Below are positions 54,977-64,000 of a DNA stretch of 64,000 bases, piece by piece. This DNA comes from Methanobacteriota archaeon (GTDB taxonomy: Archaea; JAADCQ01; Methanopyri; Methanopyrales; Methanopyraceae): positions 64,001 through 128,000 of the forward strand of contig JAMOPO010000052.1 of the NCBI GenBank assembly GCA_027064425.1. Reading direction: 5' to 3'. Made by a program: the position numbers and the translations under genes. Position 1 is the stretch's first letter; the number at the start of each line of letters is the position of its first letter. The notes below the pieces were generated by a model that was not told the origin of the DNA, searched no databases, and was given only the letters and a program-made list of their open reading frames with translations.

Positions 54977-56023
54977 CTAGGAGAACCCCAGCAACCCGAG
55001 TAATAGGGATAACGGGAGGCCACCCACCACCAGGAACGCCGCCCCCACGACGGACCCGAGCTCACCCACGAAGCTGCCGATGGACGGGTAAGCCGGGTCC
55101 AGGTCCGAGAGCGCGTCCATCGCCAGGACCAGCCCCAGGAGCCCGCGCCACGGTTGCGGCACGAACGGCAGCACGGCCAGCCAGAAGGCCACGGTCGCCG
55201 GCCCGATCGCCCCCCTGCGCCACGGGGGCCCTACCACGGACAGGTTGATCCCCGCCCCGATCCCGGGGAACACGTAGGGCCACCTCACTCGCACCTCCAG
55301 CCCGAGGACGTGCGCGATGAGCAGCTTAGAAACGTCCACCAGGAGCCGAAACGGCGCGAGCAGCAGCGTGGACCCGACCTCCGTGAGCAGCCTCCTTAGG
55401 GCACCGCGCGGGTTCTCCAGCGCCGCGATCCCGGCCGCGAACAGGGCCAGCCCCACCTCGACCGCGTACCGCTCCGCCGGGTACCTGCCCTGCAGCACCG
55501 CGAAGAACCCCTTCCAACCGTCCAGCAGGGTTCCCATGACCTCCTCCGGCAGCAGGTTCTCCAGGTTGCTCAGCGCCGCACCGAAGGCCGCGTCCGGGTC
55601 CAGCGGTGCCAGCAGCGCGGCCGCCAGCGCGCCCACCACCGGGCCGGCCATCGCCTCGTCCGCCTCCCGGTAGTCCAGCCCGGAGAGCACCTCACTCGGG
55701 TTCACGGCGTACCCCCACTCCGCCGCTCGAACCAGCTCCCGCAGCTCCTCCTCCGCCAGACCGGGAGGGTAAGGGCCCACCGTCACGAACCCGGTCGGGG
55801 GCTCGGCCCGCACCTCCAGCCAGCTCCCGTCCCCGAGCTCCATGACGAGCCGTGGGGTCGGGCCCGCCTCCACCCACCAGGAGCGGATCCCGCCGTGATA
55901 GCTCGCCGTCACCAGGGCGTGGCCCAGCTCGTGCGCCAGGACGGAGGCCGAGGTGACCAGCAGCCCCGTCCCCGGGTTCTTCGCCGCCAGCACAGCCAAT
56001 AAGACCGGCCCGACCGCGTCCAC
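54977..56023 (-). CDS. Site-2 protease (M50-like) membrane metallopeptidase
   Basis: AHELGH, AGP, NLLP..LLDG, several TM helices; GTG at 56023. Confidence 0.75.
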   Translation of the reverse strand: MDAVGPVLLAVLAAKNPGTGLLVTSASVLAHELGHALVTASYHGGIRSWWVEAGPTPRLVMELGDGSWLEVRAEPPTGFVTVGPYPPGLAEEELRELVRAAEWGYAVNPSEVLSGLDYREADEAMAGPVVGALAAALLAPLDPDAAFGAALSNLENLLPEEVMGTLLDGWKGFFAVLQGRYPAERYAVEVGLALFAAGIAALENPRGALRRLLTEVGSTLLLAPFRLLVDVSKLLIAHVLGLEVRVRWPYVFPGIGAGINLSVVGPPWRRGAIGPATVAFWLAVLPFVPQPWRGLLGLVLAMDALSDLDPAYPSIGSFVGELGSVVGAAFLVVGGLPLSLLLGLLGFS

Positions 56024-56036
56024 GCGGGGATCCCCC

Positions 56037-56831
56037 GTGAGGATCATCACCCTGACGACGGATTTCGGCTGGTCCTCGCCCTACCCCGCCCAAATGAAGG
56101 CCGTGATCTTCCGCCTCTCCCCGCCGGGAGTCGAGGTCGTCGATGTCACGCACGGGGTCCCGCCCCAGGACATCGTCTCGGGCTCTTACGTGATGGCTGT
56201 CGCCTGCCCCTGGTTCCCGGAGGGCACCGTGCACGTGGGCGTGGTGGATCCGGGCGTGGGAACCGAGCGGCGTCCCCTCCTGCTCGAGACCGCCCGCGGG
56301 GACGTGCTCATCGGCCCCGACAACGGGTTGCTCCTGCCCCCGGCCGAGGAGCTGGGCGGGATCGAGCGGGCGTACCGGATCTTGGAGGACGAGGTGAGCG
56401 AGTGGGAGGTATCCGCCACCTTCCATGGCCGAGACGTGTTCGCGCCCGCGGCCGTTCGCGCGGCCGTGGGTGAGGACCCGGAGGAGTTCTGCGAGCCCCT
56501 TGAGCCGGAAGAGCTGGAGGAGCCCCCCATCCCGGAGCCGGAGGTGGAAAAGGACCGTATCAGGGCGCACGTCTGGTACGTGGACGACTTCGGAAACCTC
56601 ATCACGAACCTGGAGTGGGAGCGCGTAGACCTGCCCGACGAGGTCACGGTGAGGACGCCGTCCGGCGAGCGCCGGGCCCGGCGCGTCAGGACCTACGGGG
56701 AGGCCGAGCCCGGCGACCTCGTCGTCCTCAGCTCCTCCTCCGGTCACCTGGAGATCGCGGTGGTCGAGGGGAACGCGTCCGAGGAGCTCGGGCTGAAACC
56801 CGGTGACCCCATCGAACTACTGCCGGAGTAG
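56037..56831 (+). CDS. SAM hydroxide adenosyltransferase (DUF62, chlorinase/fluorinase family)
   Basis: ITLTTDFG, VVDPGVGTER, GPDNG, TFHGRDVFAP, DDFGNLITN. Confidence 0.92.
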   Translation: MRIITLTTDFGWSSPYPAQMKAVIFRLSPPGVEVVDVTHGVPPQDIVSGSYVMAVACPWFPEGTVHVGVVDPGVGTERRPLLLETARGDVLIGPDNGLLLPPAEELGGIERAYRILEDEVSEWEVSATFHGRDVFAPAAVRAAVGEDPEEFCEPLEPEELEEPPIPEPEVEKDRIRAHVWYVDDFGNLITNLEWERVDLPDEVTVRTPSGERRARRVRTYGEAEPGDLVVLSSSSGHLEIAVVEGNASEELGLKPGDPIELLPE

Positions 56832-58316
56832 CCTCACGCCGCTCGGCTCCACCGACCACGGGTCCCGGAACACGTCCGGCACCCGTTCCACCACGTCCAT
56901 CGCCGTCAGGCACTGGGACCGCTCCTCCTCCGCCAGCTGGCCGGCCGCACCCACCACGAAGGCGCCCACCCGGGCCGCTTCAAACGCGTCCTCGCACACC
57001 GCGGCCAGCGCCCCCACGACGCCCGCCAGCACGTCCCCGGTGCCCCCCACCGTCATCCCCGGCGTCCCCGTCACGTTGAGCCTCACCTCGCCCTCCGGCG
57101 ACCCGATCACGTCCACGGGCCCCTTCAACAGCACCGTGCAGCCCCAATCCTCCGCCACCCGACCGACGGTCTCCTCCCGCTCCTCAACGCCGTCACCCGG
57201 AGACTCCCCGAACACCCGGCGGAACTCGCCGGCGTGCGGCGTCAGCACGAACCGCTCGTCGACCAGGTCCCTCCTCACCCCACGTAGCCCGTCCGCGTCG
57301 ACGACGACGGTCCCGTCGAACTCGTCCGACAACCTCTCGATGAGGCCCTCCGCGTCCGCCTCCGGGCCCAAGCCCGGGCCCACCACCACCGCGTCAACGT
57401 CCTCCAGCGGCGCCTCCTCCAGGTCCTCCGGCCCCGGCACCCGCTCGGAACCCAGGTAGATGAGGTTCGGATCGTCCCGGGGCACCTCGCTCGGCGTGAG
57501 GAGGAAGACCAGGTCGGCCCCCGCCCTCAGCGCTCCCTGGGCCGTCAGCCTCGGCGCCCCGACGTACCGGTCGGAGCCCGCGACGATCAGGATCCTGCCG
57601 TGCTTGCCCTTATACGCCCAGGGGTCCCGCTCTCGAGCGCCGGAGGTGATCAGATCCCCCGGGCCGCAGATCCGCTCCGCCAGCTCCGGGATCCCGGCGT
57701 TCACCCGGCGGAGGAACGCGTCCCGAGCCCTCCTGACCCCGCGCTTGTGCCGGTGGATCGACACGATCACGTCGGCCTCCACGGCCACGTCCGGAACCTC
57801 GCCCGTGTCGGGGTCCATCCCGGTGGGCACGTCCACCGAGACGACGCGGCTGCCCGCCCGGGAGGCCTCGTTGATCCTTACCACCGCCGTCCGCACGGGT
57901 TCCCGGAGCCGGCCCCGGATCCCGAACCCGAGGATCGCGTCCACGATCACCTCGCGCTCGAAGTCCAGATCCTCCAGCTCGCTGGAGTCCCGGACCTCCC
58001 TCACGCCGATCCCGGCCGACTCCAGCCGCTCCAGGTTCCGCTCCGCCGCCGGGTTCCGAATCGCCTCCCTCCGGCCCAGCAGCAGGACGTCCACGTCAAC
58101 GCCCTCCGCGTTCAGGTGCCGGGCGGCCACGAACCCGTCTCCGCCGTTCCCCCCCGTGCCGCAGACGACGAGGACCTCGCCCGGTGAGTACTCCTCCAGG
58201 ACGACCCGGGCCACGCCCGCCCCGGCGTTCTCCATCATGTACTCCTCCTCGAAGCCCAGCCAGCGCGAGTTCAGCTCGATCCTGCGCATCTCACGCGACG
58301 TGATCCACTCCGGCAA
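56817..58316 (-). CDS. nnr: Bifunctional NAD(P)HX epimerase/dehydratase
   Basis: MENAG, GGNGGDG, VDVPTG, GPGLG, VDADG, LTPHAGEF, GGTGDVLAG. Confidence 0.95.
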   Translation of the reverse strand: MPEWITSREMRRIELNSRWLGFEEEYMMENAGAGVARVVLEEYSPGEVLVVCGTGGNGGDGFVAARHLNAEGVDVDVLLLGRREAIRNPAAERNLERLESAGIGVREVRDSSELEDLDFEREVIVDAILGFGIRGRLREPVRTAVVRINEASRAGSRVVSVDVPTGMDPDTGEVPDVAVEADVIVSIHRHKRGVRRARDAFLRRVNAGIPELAERICGPGDLITSGARERDPWAYKGKHGRILIVAGSDRYVGAPRLTAQGALRAGADLVFLLTPSEVPRDDPNLIYLGSERVPGPEDLEEAPLEDVDAVVVGPGLGPEADAEGLIERLSDEFDGTVVVDADGLRGVRRDLVDERFVLTPHAGEFRRVFGESPGDGVEEREETVGRVAEDWGCTVLLKGPVDVIGSPEGEVRLNVTGTPGMTVGGTGDVLAGVVGALAAVCEDAFEAARVGAFVVGAAGQLAEEERSQCLTAMDVVERVPDVFRDPWSVEPSGVRLLRQ

Positions 58317-58487
58317 CGTGGGTCCCCGGCGGCACTCGGCCCGGCATCGGCGATAAGCCTTCCCACCGTGCCGGGCTGTGATTCGTGTGAGCGCTCACGC
58401 TGGCCGTGCGTGACTGTGACAGCGCTCGTGTCAACTTTCGGGCAACGCTTGTTAGGGGCGGGCGTCGGGGCCGCGGAGGGCGCTCCC

Positions 58488-59267
58488 ATGGAGGTCGAGG
58501 AGCTGACGATCCTCGGTGGAACGGACAAGGACGGCCGGCCCGAGCCCGTGGAGGAGCTCACGCTGCGGCCCGGCGACGTCGTCGCGATCGTCGGTCCGAC
58601 GGGCTCGGGCAAGTCGGCCCTGCTACGGGACGTGGAGCTCCTGGCTCAGGGCGACACGGTCACGGGTCGCCGGGTCCTGCTCAACGGTGAGCGCCCGCCC
58701 GAGGAGCTTCGGTTCGACCCGGAGCGGCGGCTGGTGGCCCACGTGACGCAGACGATGGGCTTCCTGGCGGACTGCTCGGTCCGCGAGTTCGTCGAGCTGC
58801 ACGCGGAGAGCCGGGGCGTGGACGTGGACCCCGAGGAGGTGATCGAGCTGGCCAACCGGTTCACGGGCGAGCCCATCCACCCGGACATGCACATGACGGA
58901 GCTGAGCGGCGGCCAGTCCCGCTCGCTGATGATCGCCGACGTGCTCCTGATCAGTGACTCGCCCGTGGTGCTGATCGACGAGATCGAGAACGCGGGGATC
59001 AAGAAGCGGGAGGCGCTGGAGGAGCTGACCCGGCACGACCGCATCGTGCTCCTGGTCACGCACGACCCCGCCGTGGCGCTCCGCTCGGACCTGCGCGTGG
59101 TAATGGAGAACGGAGCGATGGTGGAGCTGGTAGAGACGTCGAAGCGGGAGCGCGAGGTGGCGGAGCTGCTGGAGCGGCTCGACGCCTGGTGGCTGGAGCT
59201 GCGGGACCGGGTCCGCCGGGGCGAGCGGCTGGACGACGTGGAGCCACCGGTGGGGGCCCAGGCTTGA
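58488..59267 (+). CDS. Soluble ABC-type ATPase
   Basis: GPTGSGKS, LAQGDT, LSGGQSRSLMIAD, LIDEIENAGI, VTHDP; no adjacent permease. Confidence 0.88.
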   Translation: MEVEELTILGGTDKDGRPEPVEELTLRPGDVVAIVGPTGSGKSALLRDVELLAQGDTVTGRRVLLNGERPPEELRFDPERRLVAHVTQTMGFLADCSVREFVELHAESRGVDVDPEEVIELANRFTGEPIHPDMHMTELSGGQSRSLMIADVLLISDSPVVLIDEIENAGIKKREALEELTRHDRIVLLVTHDPAVALRSDLRVVMENGAMVELVETSKREREVAELLERLDAWWLELRDRVRRGERLDDVEPPVGAQA

Positions 59268-59974
59268 GGCTCGTGATCGTGTCCGGCACGCCGGGTGCCG
59301 GCAAGACCGCGGTCATCCTCCACGCGCTGAAGCACCTGAGGGACAGCTTCCAACCGGCGGTCGTCAAGGTGGACTGCCTGGACACGGACGATCATCGCGT
59401 GTACGAGGAGCGGCTCGGGATTCCGGCGGTTCGGGCGCTGGCCAAGGACATGTGCCCGGACCACTTCGCGGCCTACAACCTTGAGCACATGTTGCGGTGG
59501 GCGGAGGGCGAGGGCGCTGACCTCCTCGTCGTGGAGACGGCTGGCCTGTGCCTGCGGTGCGCCCCCTACGTGGACGCGTGCCTGGGCGTCTGCGTGGCGG
59601 ACGTGACCCTGGGACCCAACTCGCCCGCGAAGGTGGGTCCGTTCCTCCAGACCGCGGACGTCGTGTGCGTGAACAAGGGTGACCTCGTCTCGCAGGCGGA
59701 GCGGGAGGTGTTCATGCGCCGGGTGGCCGAGGTCAACCCGGACGCGCGCGTGATCGAGACGAACGGGCTCACCGGCGCGGGCTGCGAGCTGCTGGCACAG
59801 CTCATCGAGGAGGAGGCTCCCGAGGTCCCGGACGACCTCAATGAGGTCCGGCTACGCGAGAAGGCACCGCTCGCCGTCTGCACGCTGTGCGCGGGCGAGA
59901 CGCGCGTGGCGGCCGAGCGACACCGGGGCGTCCTCCGGCGGATCGACGGGTCCATGGAGTACCGGGGTGAGTGA
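59264..59974 (+). CDS. HypB/UreG-like (G3E) GTPase
   Basis: [26 protein letters not shown]-terminal CTLC. Confidence 0.85.
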   Translation: MRLVIVSGTPGAGKTAVILHALKHLRDSFQPAVVKVDCLDTDDHRVYEERLGIPAVRALAKDMCPDHFAAYNLEHMLRWAEGEGADLLVVETAGLCLRCAPYVDACLGVCVADVTLGPNSPAKVGPFLQTADVVCVNKGDLVSQAEREVFMRRVAEVNPDARVIETNGLTGAGCELLAQLIEEEAPEVPDDLNEVRLREKAPLAVCTLCAGETRVAAERHRGVLRRIDGSMEYRGE

Positions 59975-59975
59975 C

Positions 59976-60635
59976 GTGGCGGCCGAGCGCATCGCCGACC
60001 TCCTACCCGGCTTCCACTGCGGCGCCTGCGGATACGACCGTTGCGACGACTTCGCCCGCGCACTGGTTCGCGGCGAGGCCGACATCAGCGACTGCCCGTA
60101 CCTACGGACCGAGCGGTTCGAGGAACAGCGCCGTCGGATCCTGGAGCTGCTCGGTGAGCTCGAGGAAGAGGAGGAGAAGGAGGAGATCCGAGGCGTTCTC
60201 GACGACTACGAGGCCGACCTGGTCCTGGCCCCACTCCCCGACGAGCCGGCCTGCCGGGAGACCCTTCACCCGTTCGACCCGGACGCGGACGTCGAGGAGG
60301 GAGAGGTGATCCGGTACCGGCCCTGGGGCTGCCCGATCACCCACTTCGCCCGGGTGCTGCGCGCGGAGAAGGGGTTACTCACGGTGCACGTGGTGGGGCC
60401 CAGGCACCGGCTCGGTGAGGAGGACTTCGAGTTCCGGGACGTCGGCCTGTGCCTGGTGGTCGGGTTCGAGGGCGTGGTCAAGGAGGGCCGGGTGCCGGAC
60501 GTTGGGGAGACCGTGCGGTTCCTCCCCGAGCACTGCATGATGCAGAAGGTGCACTCGGGCGTGGTCGTGGAGGCCGTCGGCGATCGGGTCGTCATCGAGT
60601 GCATCGACCTGAAGGTGTGGGCGCCGCCCCGGTAA
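59976..60635 (+). CDS. (Fe-S)-binding protein
   Basis: [17 protein letters not shown] FeS domain; [16 protein letters not shown]. Confidence 0.85.
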   Translation: MAAERIADLLPGFHCGACGYDRCDDFARALVRGEADISDCPYLRTERFEEQRRRILELLGELEEEEEKEEIRGVLDDYEADLVLAPLPDEPACRETLHPFDPDADVEEGEVIRYRPWGCPITHFARVLRAEKGLLTVHVVGPRHRLGEEDFEFRDVGLCLVVGFEGVVKEGRVPDVGETVRFLPEHCMMQKVHSGVVVEAVGDRVVIECIDLKVWAPPR

Positions 60636-60671
60636 CCGCAAGCGAGTTGAACCCGGGTGTGGCGAGACGCC

Positions 60672-60738
60672 CGGGTGATGGGGAGCGAGGAACCCTGCCG
60701 AGCCGCCGGCGGTGAGGAAGGGTCGACTTGCCGACTAC
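60672..60738 (+). ncRNA. Box C/D guide sRNA
   Basis: C GTGATGG 60675, D' CCGA 60698, C' GTGAGGA 60712, D CCGA 60731; guides GAGGAACCCTG and GGGTCGACTTG. Confidence 0.65.
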
Positions 60739-61643
60739 TCCAGCTCCTCCCACCTGCGCACGTTCTCCTCGCCCGGCTTCCACTCGGCGGCGACGTTGTC
60801 TCCCACGCTCACGCCCAGCTCCCTCGCCACCGGCTCGCACTTCGCTCGGAGCAGAAAGTACACGGGAACGTCCGGGAAGGGCTCCTCCGGGATCGACTCG
60901 AAGTTCCCCTGCCCCTTGGACAGTACCAGGTCGGCGCTCTCCAGCGCCTCGCGCAGCTCGGACCCCGCCTCGGTCACCAGCAAACCCAGCATCTCAGCCC
61001 CGGTGTCGATGACCTCGCACACATCCGTCAGCCCGACCTCCCGGGCATCCTCCAGCGTCGCGTCGTTGACGATCGGGGCGCCCCGAACCACCGCGATGAC
61101 CTCCGCCTCCAGGTCCTCCGTGAGCACCTCGATCAGGAGCCGGTCGAAGGCGATCTCGCCGGCGTTGTCGCACAGGTACACGATCCTCTTCCCGCGCAGC
61201 TCGTCCGGGTCCAGGTCGTACACGGCGAACTCGGGCTTCCGCACCTCCTCGCGCAGCTCCTCAACGTCGAACTCGTGCCCGGCCACCGCGAAATCGATCG
61301 TGTTGCCCACGATCGCCGCTGCGGCCGCTCGCCTCAGCCGCTCCTCGGGGTCCAGCCCCTCCAGCACCCGCTCAAGCTTTTCCACGAGCTCCAAGGCGAC
61401 CCGGTTGGCCCGCCTCTTCTCCTCCTCGTAGGGGTCCTCGTCCTCGGCGTACTTCATCACGGCCCGCTGGGCCTCCGTGCCCAGGCGCGGGGGCTGCGGT
61501 GTGGGCTCGCGCTCGTAGAGCTCCAGCACCCGTCGGGTGGCCTCCGCGATCGCCCGCCCCCTGTCCTCCCTCGGAACGGCCCTGTTGATCGTGTTGACCG
61601 CGATCTCCAGCACGCAGGGGATGCACTCCGGGACCGCCCGCAG
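60735..61643 (-). CDS. DUF89/ARMT1-like damage-control phosphatase (probable CTG start)
   Basis: PECIPC, DPY...K, GNTIDF, DNAGEI.FD, PIVNDAT, SKGQGNFE, KC. Confidence 0.9.
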   Translation of the reverse strand: MRAVPECIPCVLEIAVNTINRAVPREDRGRAIAEATRRVLELYEREPTPQPPRLGTEAQRAVMKYAEDEDPYEEEKRRANRVALELVEKLERVLEGLDPEERLRRAAAAAIVGNTIDFAVAGHEFDVEELREEVRKPEFAVYDLDPDELRGKRIVYLCDNAGEIAFDRLLIEVLTEDLEAEVIAVVRGAPIVNDATLEDAREVGLTDVCEVIDTGAEMLGLLVTEAGSELREALESADLVLSKGQGNFESIPEEPFPDVPVYFLLRAKCEPVARELGVSVGDNVAAEWKPGEENVRRWEELE

Positions 61644-61657
61644 ACCGGCTCCCCCCG

Positions 61658-62905
61658 CTACCTGAGGAACACCCAGGCGTAGGCCTTCGGCACGTTCACG
61701 AGCTTGTCCGTGGGCCACAGCCCGATCGGTGCCGGGGAGGCTAGGCACGCCAGGATGAGGAGCAGCAGGAGCAGCGGACCCCAGTCCTTTCGCTCGTCAT
61801 CATCCAAGAACGAGCGGTCCGAGGGGATTGAGGAGGTGTACCTGAACAGCACGAACGCGGCGATGAACGCGACGTGGTACCATCGCAGGCACGCCTGCGC
61901 CAGGACCGACGCCGCTGAGAACCACTTGACGAGCCGCGTGTTGAGGTAGTAACGCATGACGTAGCCTCCTTCCAGCGGGTAGATCGGCAGGGCGGCCAGC
62001 CAGGTGACGGCCAGCCCCGCCCACCCGGCCAGCGTGAGCGGGTTCGCCTTCAGCCCCAGTTTGCCGGCCAGGAAGAGCGTCCACAGGTTGTGAACGACCT
62101 GGACCTTCACCGGAACGTGGCGCTGCAGGCTCCCCAGCACGAAAACCGCGGTGGACAGCACGAACCCCGTGGCGAGCCCGGCCACACCGATCCTGCACAG
62201 CGACTCCGACAGCATCGGCTTCACGTCGGCCCGCACGATGGACGTGTACACGCCCGGGAAGTAAAAAACCGGGAGCACCAGCGGCAGCCGCGGTCTGAGC
62301 CCCTCCCGGGCCGCCACCCGGAGCTTCGCGAGCTCCTTGCCGAAGTATATCACCGAGAACGCCAGCGCGAACTCCAGACCGTACCACGGGCTCCGGAACG
62401 CGTACCAGCCGGCCGCCCAGGCGAAGCACGGGACGGACAGCAGTAGGAGCGGCAGGTGTGCCGGCTCCTCCTCCGGCACGGCGTGCCGGACGACCCTGAT
62501 CGCGCCCGCCTCGCCCTTCGGCTCCGCCGTAAACCCCAGCTCGGCCAACCGGCGGGCCAGCTCCCGTGGATCCCCGCGCCGGTCGTACTCGAACTCGATT
62601 GACCCATCCTCGCAGATGCGATGGTCGCTAACCTCGTATCCGGCCTCCTCCAGCGCTTCCTTCAGCTCCCGCAGCTCCCCGTGGTCTGGAAACGCGCTGG
62701 GGTCCGCCTCGGTTCGGAACACGCCCTCCACGATCAGGTCGGAACCGCACTCCGGGCACCGGCCCCGACGCTCGTACACCACCTCACCCTCGTGCGGCTT
62801 GAACCGGAAGTAGTCGCACTCGGTGCACGCCAGCAGGGCGACGACGTTGTACTCCTCCTCCACCTCCTCGGTGGCGACCGGCTCAAAGGGGAGCTGCCGC
62901 CTCAA
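61658..62905 (-). CDS. Zn-ribbon + M50 site-2-protease-like membrane protein, catalytically degenerate
   Basis: CTEC..CPECG; KELAK in place of HExxH; AGWAGL.VT.L..LP..PLEGG. Confidence 0.7.
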   Translation of the reverse strand: MRRQLPFEPVATEEVEEEYNVVALLACTECDYFRFKPHEGEVVYERRGRCPECGSDLIVEGVFRTEADPSAFPDHGELRELKEALEEAGYEVSDHRICEDGSIEFEYDRRGDPRELARRLAELGFTAEPKGEAGAIRVVRHAVPEEEPAHLPLLLLSVPCFAWAAGWYAFRSPWYGLEFALAFSVIYFGKELAKLRVAAREGLRPRLPLVLPVFYFPGVYTSIVRADVKPMLSESLCRIGVAGLATGFVLSTAVFVLGSLQRHVPVKVQVVHNLWTLFLAGKLGLKANPLTLAGWAGLAVTWLAALPIYPLEGGYVMRYYLNTRLVKWFSAASVLAQACLRWYHVAFIAAFVLFRYTSSIPSDRSFLDDDERKDWGPLLLLLLILACLASPAPIGLWPTDKLVNVPKAYAWVFLR

Positions 62906-62907
62906 CG

Positions 62908-63321
62908 CTACTCGTCCCCTACCACCGTGACCAGGACCCGTCTCGTTCGTGGTCCATCGAGCTCCACGAACAGCACCGACTGCCAGGTCCCCAGCACCGG
63001 AGCACCGTCCGAGACGGGAAGGGTGACGGAGGATCCCAGCAGGATCGCCCGGAGGTGAGCGTCCGCGTTGTTGTCAACCTTGTCGTGCTCGTACCCCGCA
63101 CCCTCCGGGACCAGGTCCTCGAGCTTGTTGACCACGTCCTTGAGCAGGCCGGACTCCGGCTCGTTCACGATCACACCTGCCGTCGTGTGCCGGGAGTACA
63201 CGTGCACGATGCCCTCGCGGATGCCGCTCCCCTCCACCGCCTCCCTCACATCGTCCGTGATGTCCACGAGTTGAACGCGCCGCTCGGTCTTTACCGTCAG
63301 CTCCGTGCGGTACACCGCCAA
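62908..63321 (-). CDS. yjbQ: YjbQ/UPF0047 family protein
   Basis: HTTAG, NADAH, LGTWQ, ELDGPR. Confidence 0.92.
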   Translation of the reverse strand: MAVYRTELTVKTERRVQLVDITDDVREAVEGSGIREGIVHVYSRHTTAGVIVNEPESGLLKDVVNKLEDLVPEGAGYEHDKVDNNADAHLRAILLGSSVTLPVSDGAPVLGTWQSVLFVELDGPRTRRVLVTVVGDE

Positions 63322-63350
63322 ACCGCACACCCCGGGGGGATGACGCTGTC

Positions 63351-64000
63351 GTGCCGCTACCCACCCCGCACGTGGAGCAGCCCCTGAAGCTCATCGGCTC
63401 GGTCGTTATAGCGTTGATCCTGGTCAAACTCGCCGCCCGAGCGGCCGGGACCATCCGGGACCGGCTGGAACGGGAGGACCTCCCCGACCTAGCCTGGTGG
63501 GCCGAGAAGTCCATCCTGTACGGCACCTACCTGATCGCGCTGACGACCGTCCTGGAGTCGCTCGGAATCAGCATCTGGGCCCTAATCACCGGCCTCGGGC
63601 TGGCCGGGGCCGGAGTCGCCGTAGCCGCCAGGAAGCTCCTCGCCAACATCATCTCGGGCCTCTACCTCGCCGTAGAGCGCCCCTTCGAGGTGGGCGACCG
63701 CATCCGAGTGGGCGACTATCAAGGCGAGGTGGTGGACATCCGCGTCCGATGCACCGTGCTCCGTCACCGCGGTCGAGACCTCATCGTCCCGAACTCCATC
63801 CTCGTCGAGGAGACGGTCGAGCGGCTCGACGCGAGGGAGGAGGTCGACCTGCGCGTCCGCGTCCCGGGCCCCGCGACCGAGGTCAGGCGCCTGATCGACC
63901 GGCTGGAGGAGGAACTTAAAAAGGCCGGGGCGGAGCACCTGAGCCTGGAGGTCGAGCACCTGGAGCCCGGGGAGGCCCGGCTGCGGATCCGCTCCCTCGG
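63351..64000 (+). CDS. Small-conductance mechanosensitive channel (MscS family), truncated by the window edge
   Basis: Not in the ORF track; GTG at 63351, TM helices, GLGLAGAGVAVA, NIISG..L..ERPFEVGDRI, VPNS. Confidence 0.88.
   Translation, partial: MPLPTPHVEQPLKLIGSVVIALILVKLAARAAGTIRDRLEREDLPDLAWWAEKSILYGTYLIALTTVLESLGISIWALITGLGLAGAGVAVAARKLLANIISGLYLAVERPFEVGDRIRVGDYQGEVVDIRVRCTVLRHRGRDLIVPNSILVEETVERLDAREEVDLRVRVPGPATEVRRLIDRLEEELKKAGAEHLSLEVEHLEPGEARLRIRSL

Noticed and set aside
1-64000. Selenocysteine read-through, inteins, IS elements, rRNA and defence systems
   Set aside because: No in-frame TGA within conserved domains, no oversized housekeeping genes, and no transposase or cas motifs were recognised

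Overview
GC-rich, gene-dense archaeal chromosome segment with a Glu-rich cytoplasmic proteome. It is almost certainly from Methanopyrus (M. kandleri-like): it carries pseudomurein Mur/MraY genes, methanogenesis markers 2 and 3, F420-dependent sulfite reductase, FIST paralogues, and a tRNA-Lys gene with C at position 8. About 60 CDS: a gltX-led pseudomurein-type cell-wall operon, translation genes (argS, aRF1), an isoprenoid/RNase J operon, leu/trp/pur/tyr genes, an MCR-maturation cluster and a sulfur-reduction locus. Less obvious features read directly from the sequence: (i) the cell-wall operon continues into an FtsQ/POTRA-like protein and a secreted, membrane-anchored Ntn-hydrolase-like protein whose signal peptide appears to start at ATC; (ii) a K-turn H/ACA-type RNA whose pocket matches the conserved 5' end of archaeal 16S rRNA; (iii) at least five box C/D guide RNAs at gene junctions; (iv) head-to-head gene pairs only 13-29 bp apart that share a palindromic two-way Shine-Dalgarno element; (v) CTG/ATC starts; (vi) an Era-type KH/beta-helix fusion, a coiled-coil/beta-helix cytoskeletal candidate, a catalytically degenerate site-2 protease and a frameshifted FIST gene. 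No CRISPR array, rRNA, IS element or integrase was seen. Family assignments come from motif recognition by eye, not from database searches.
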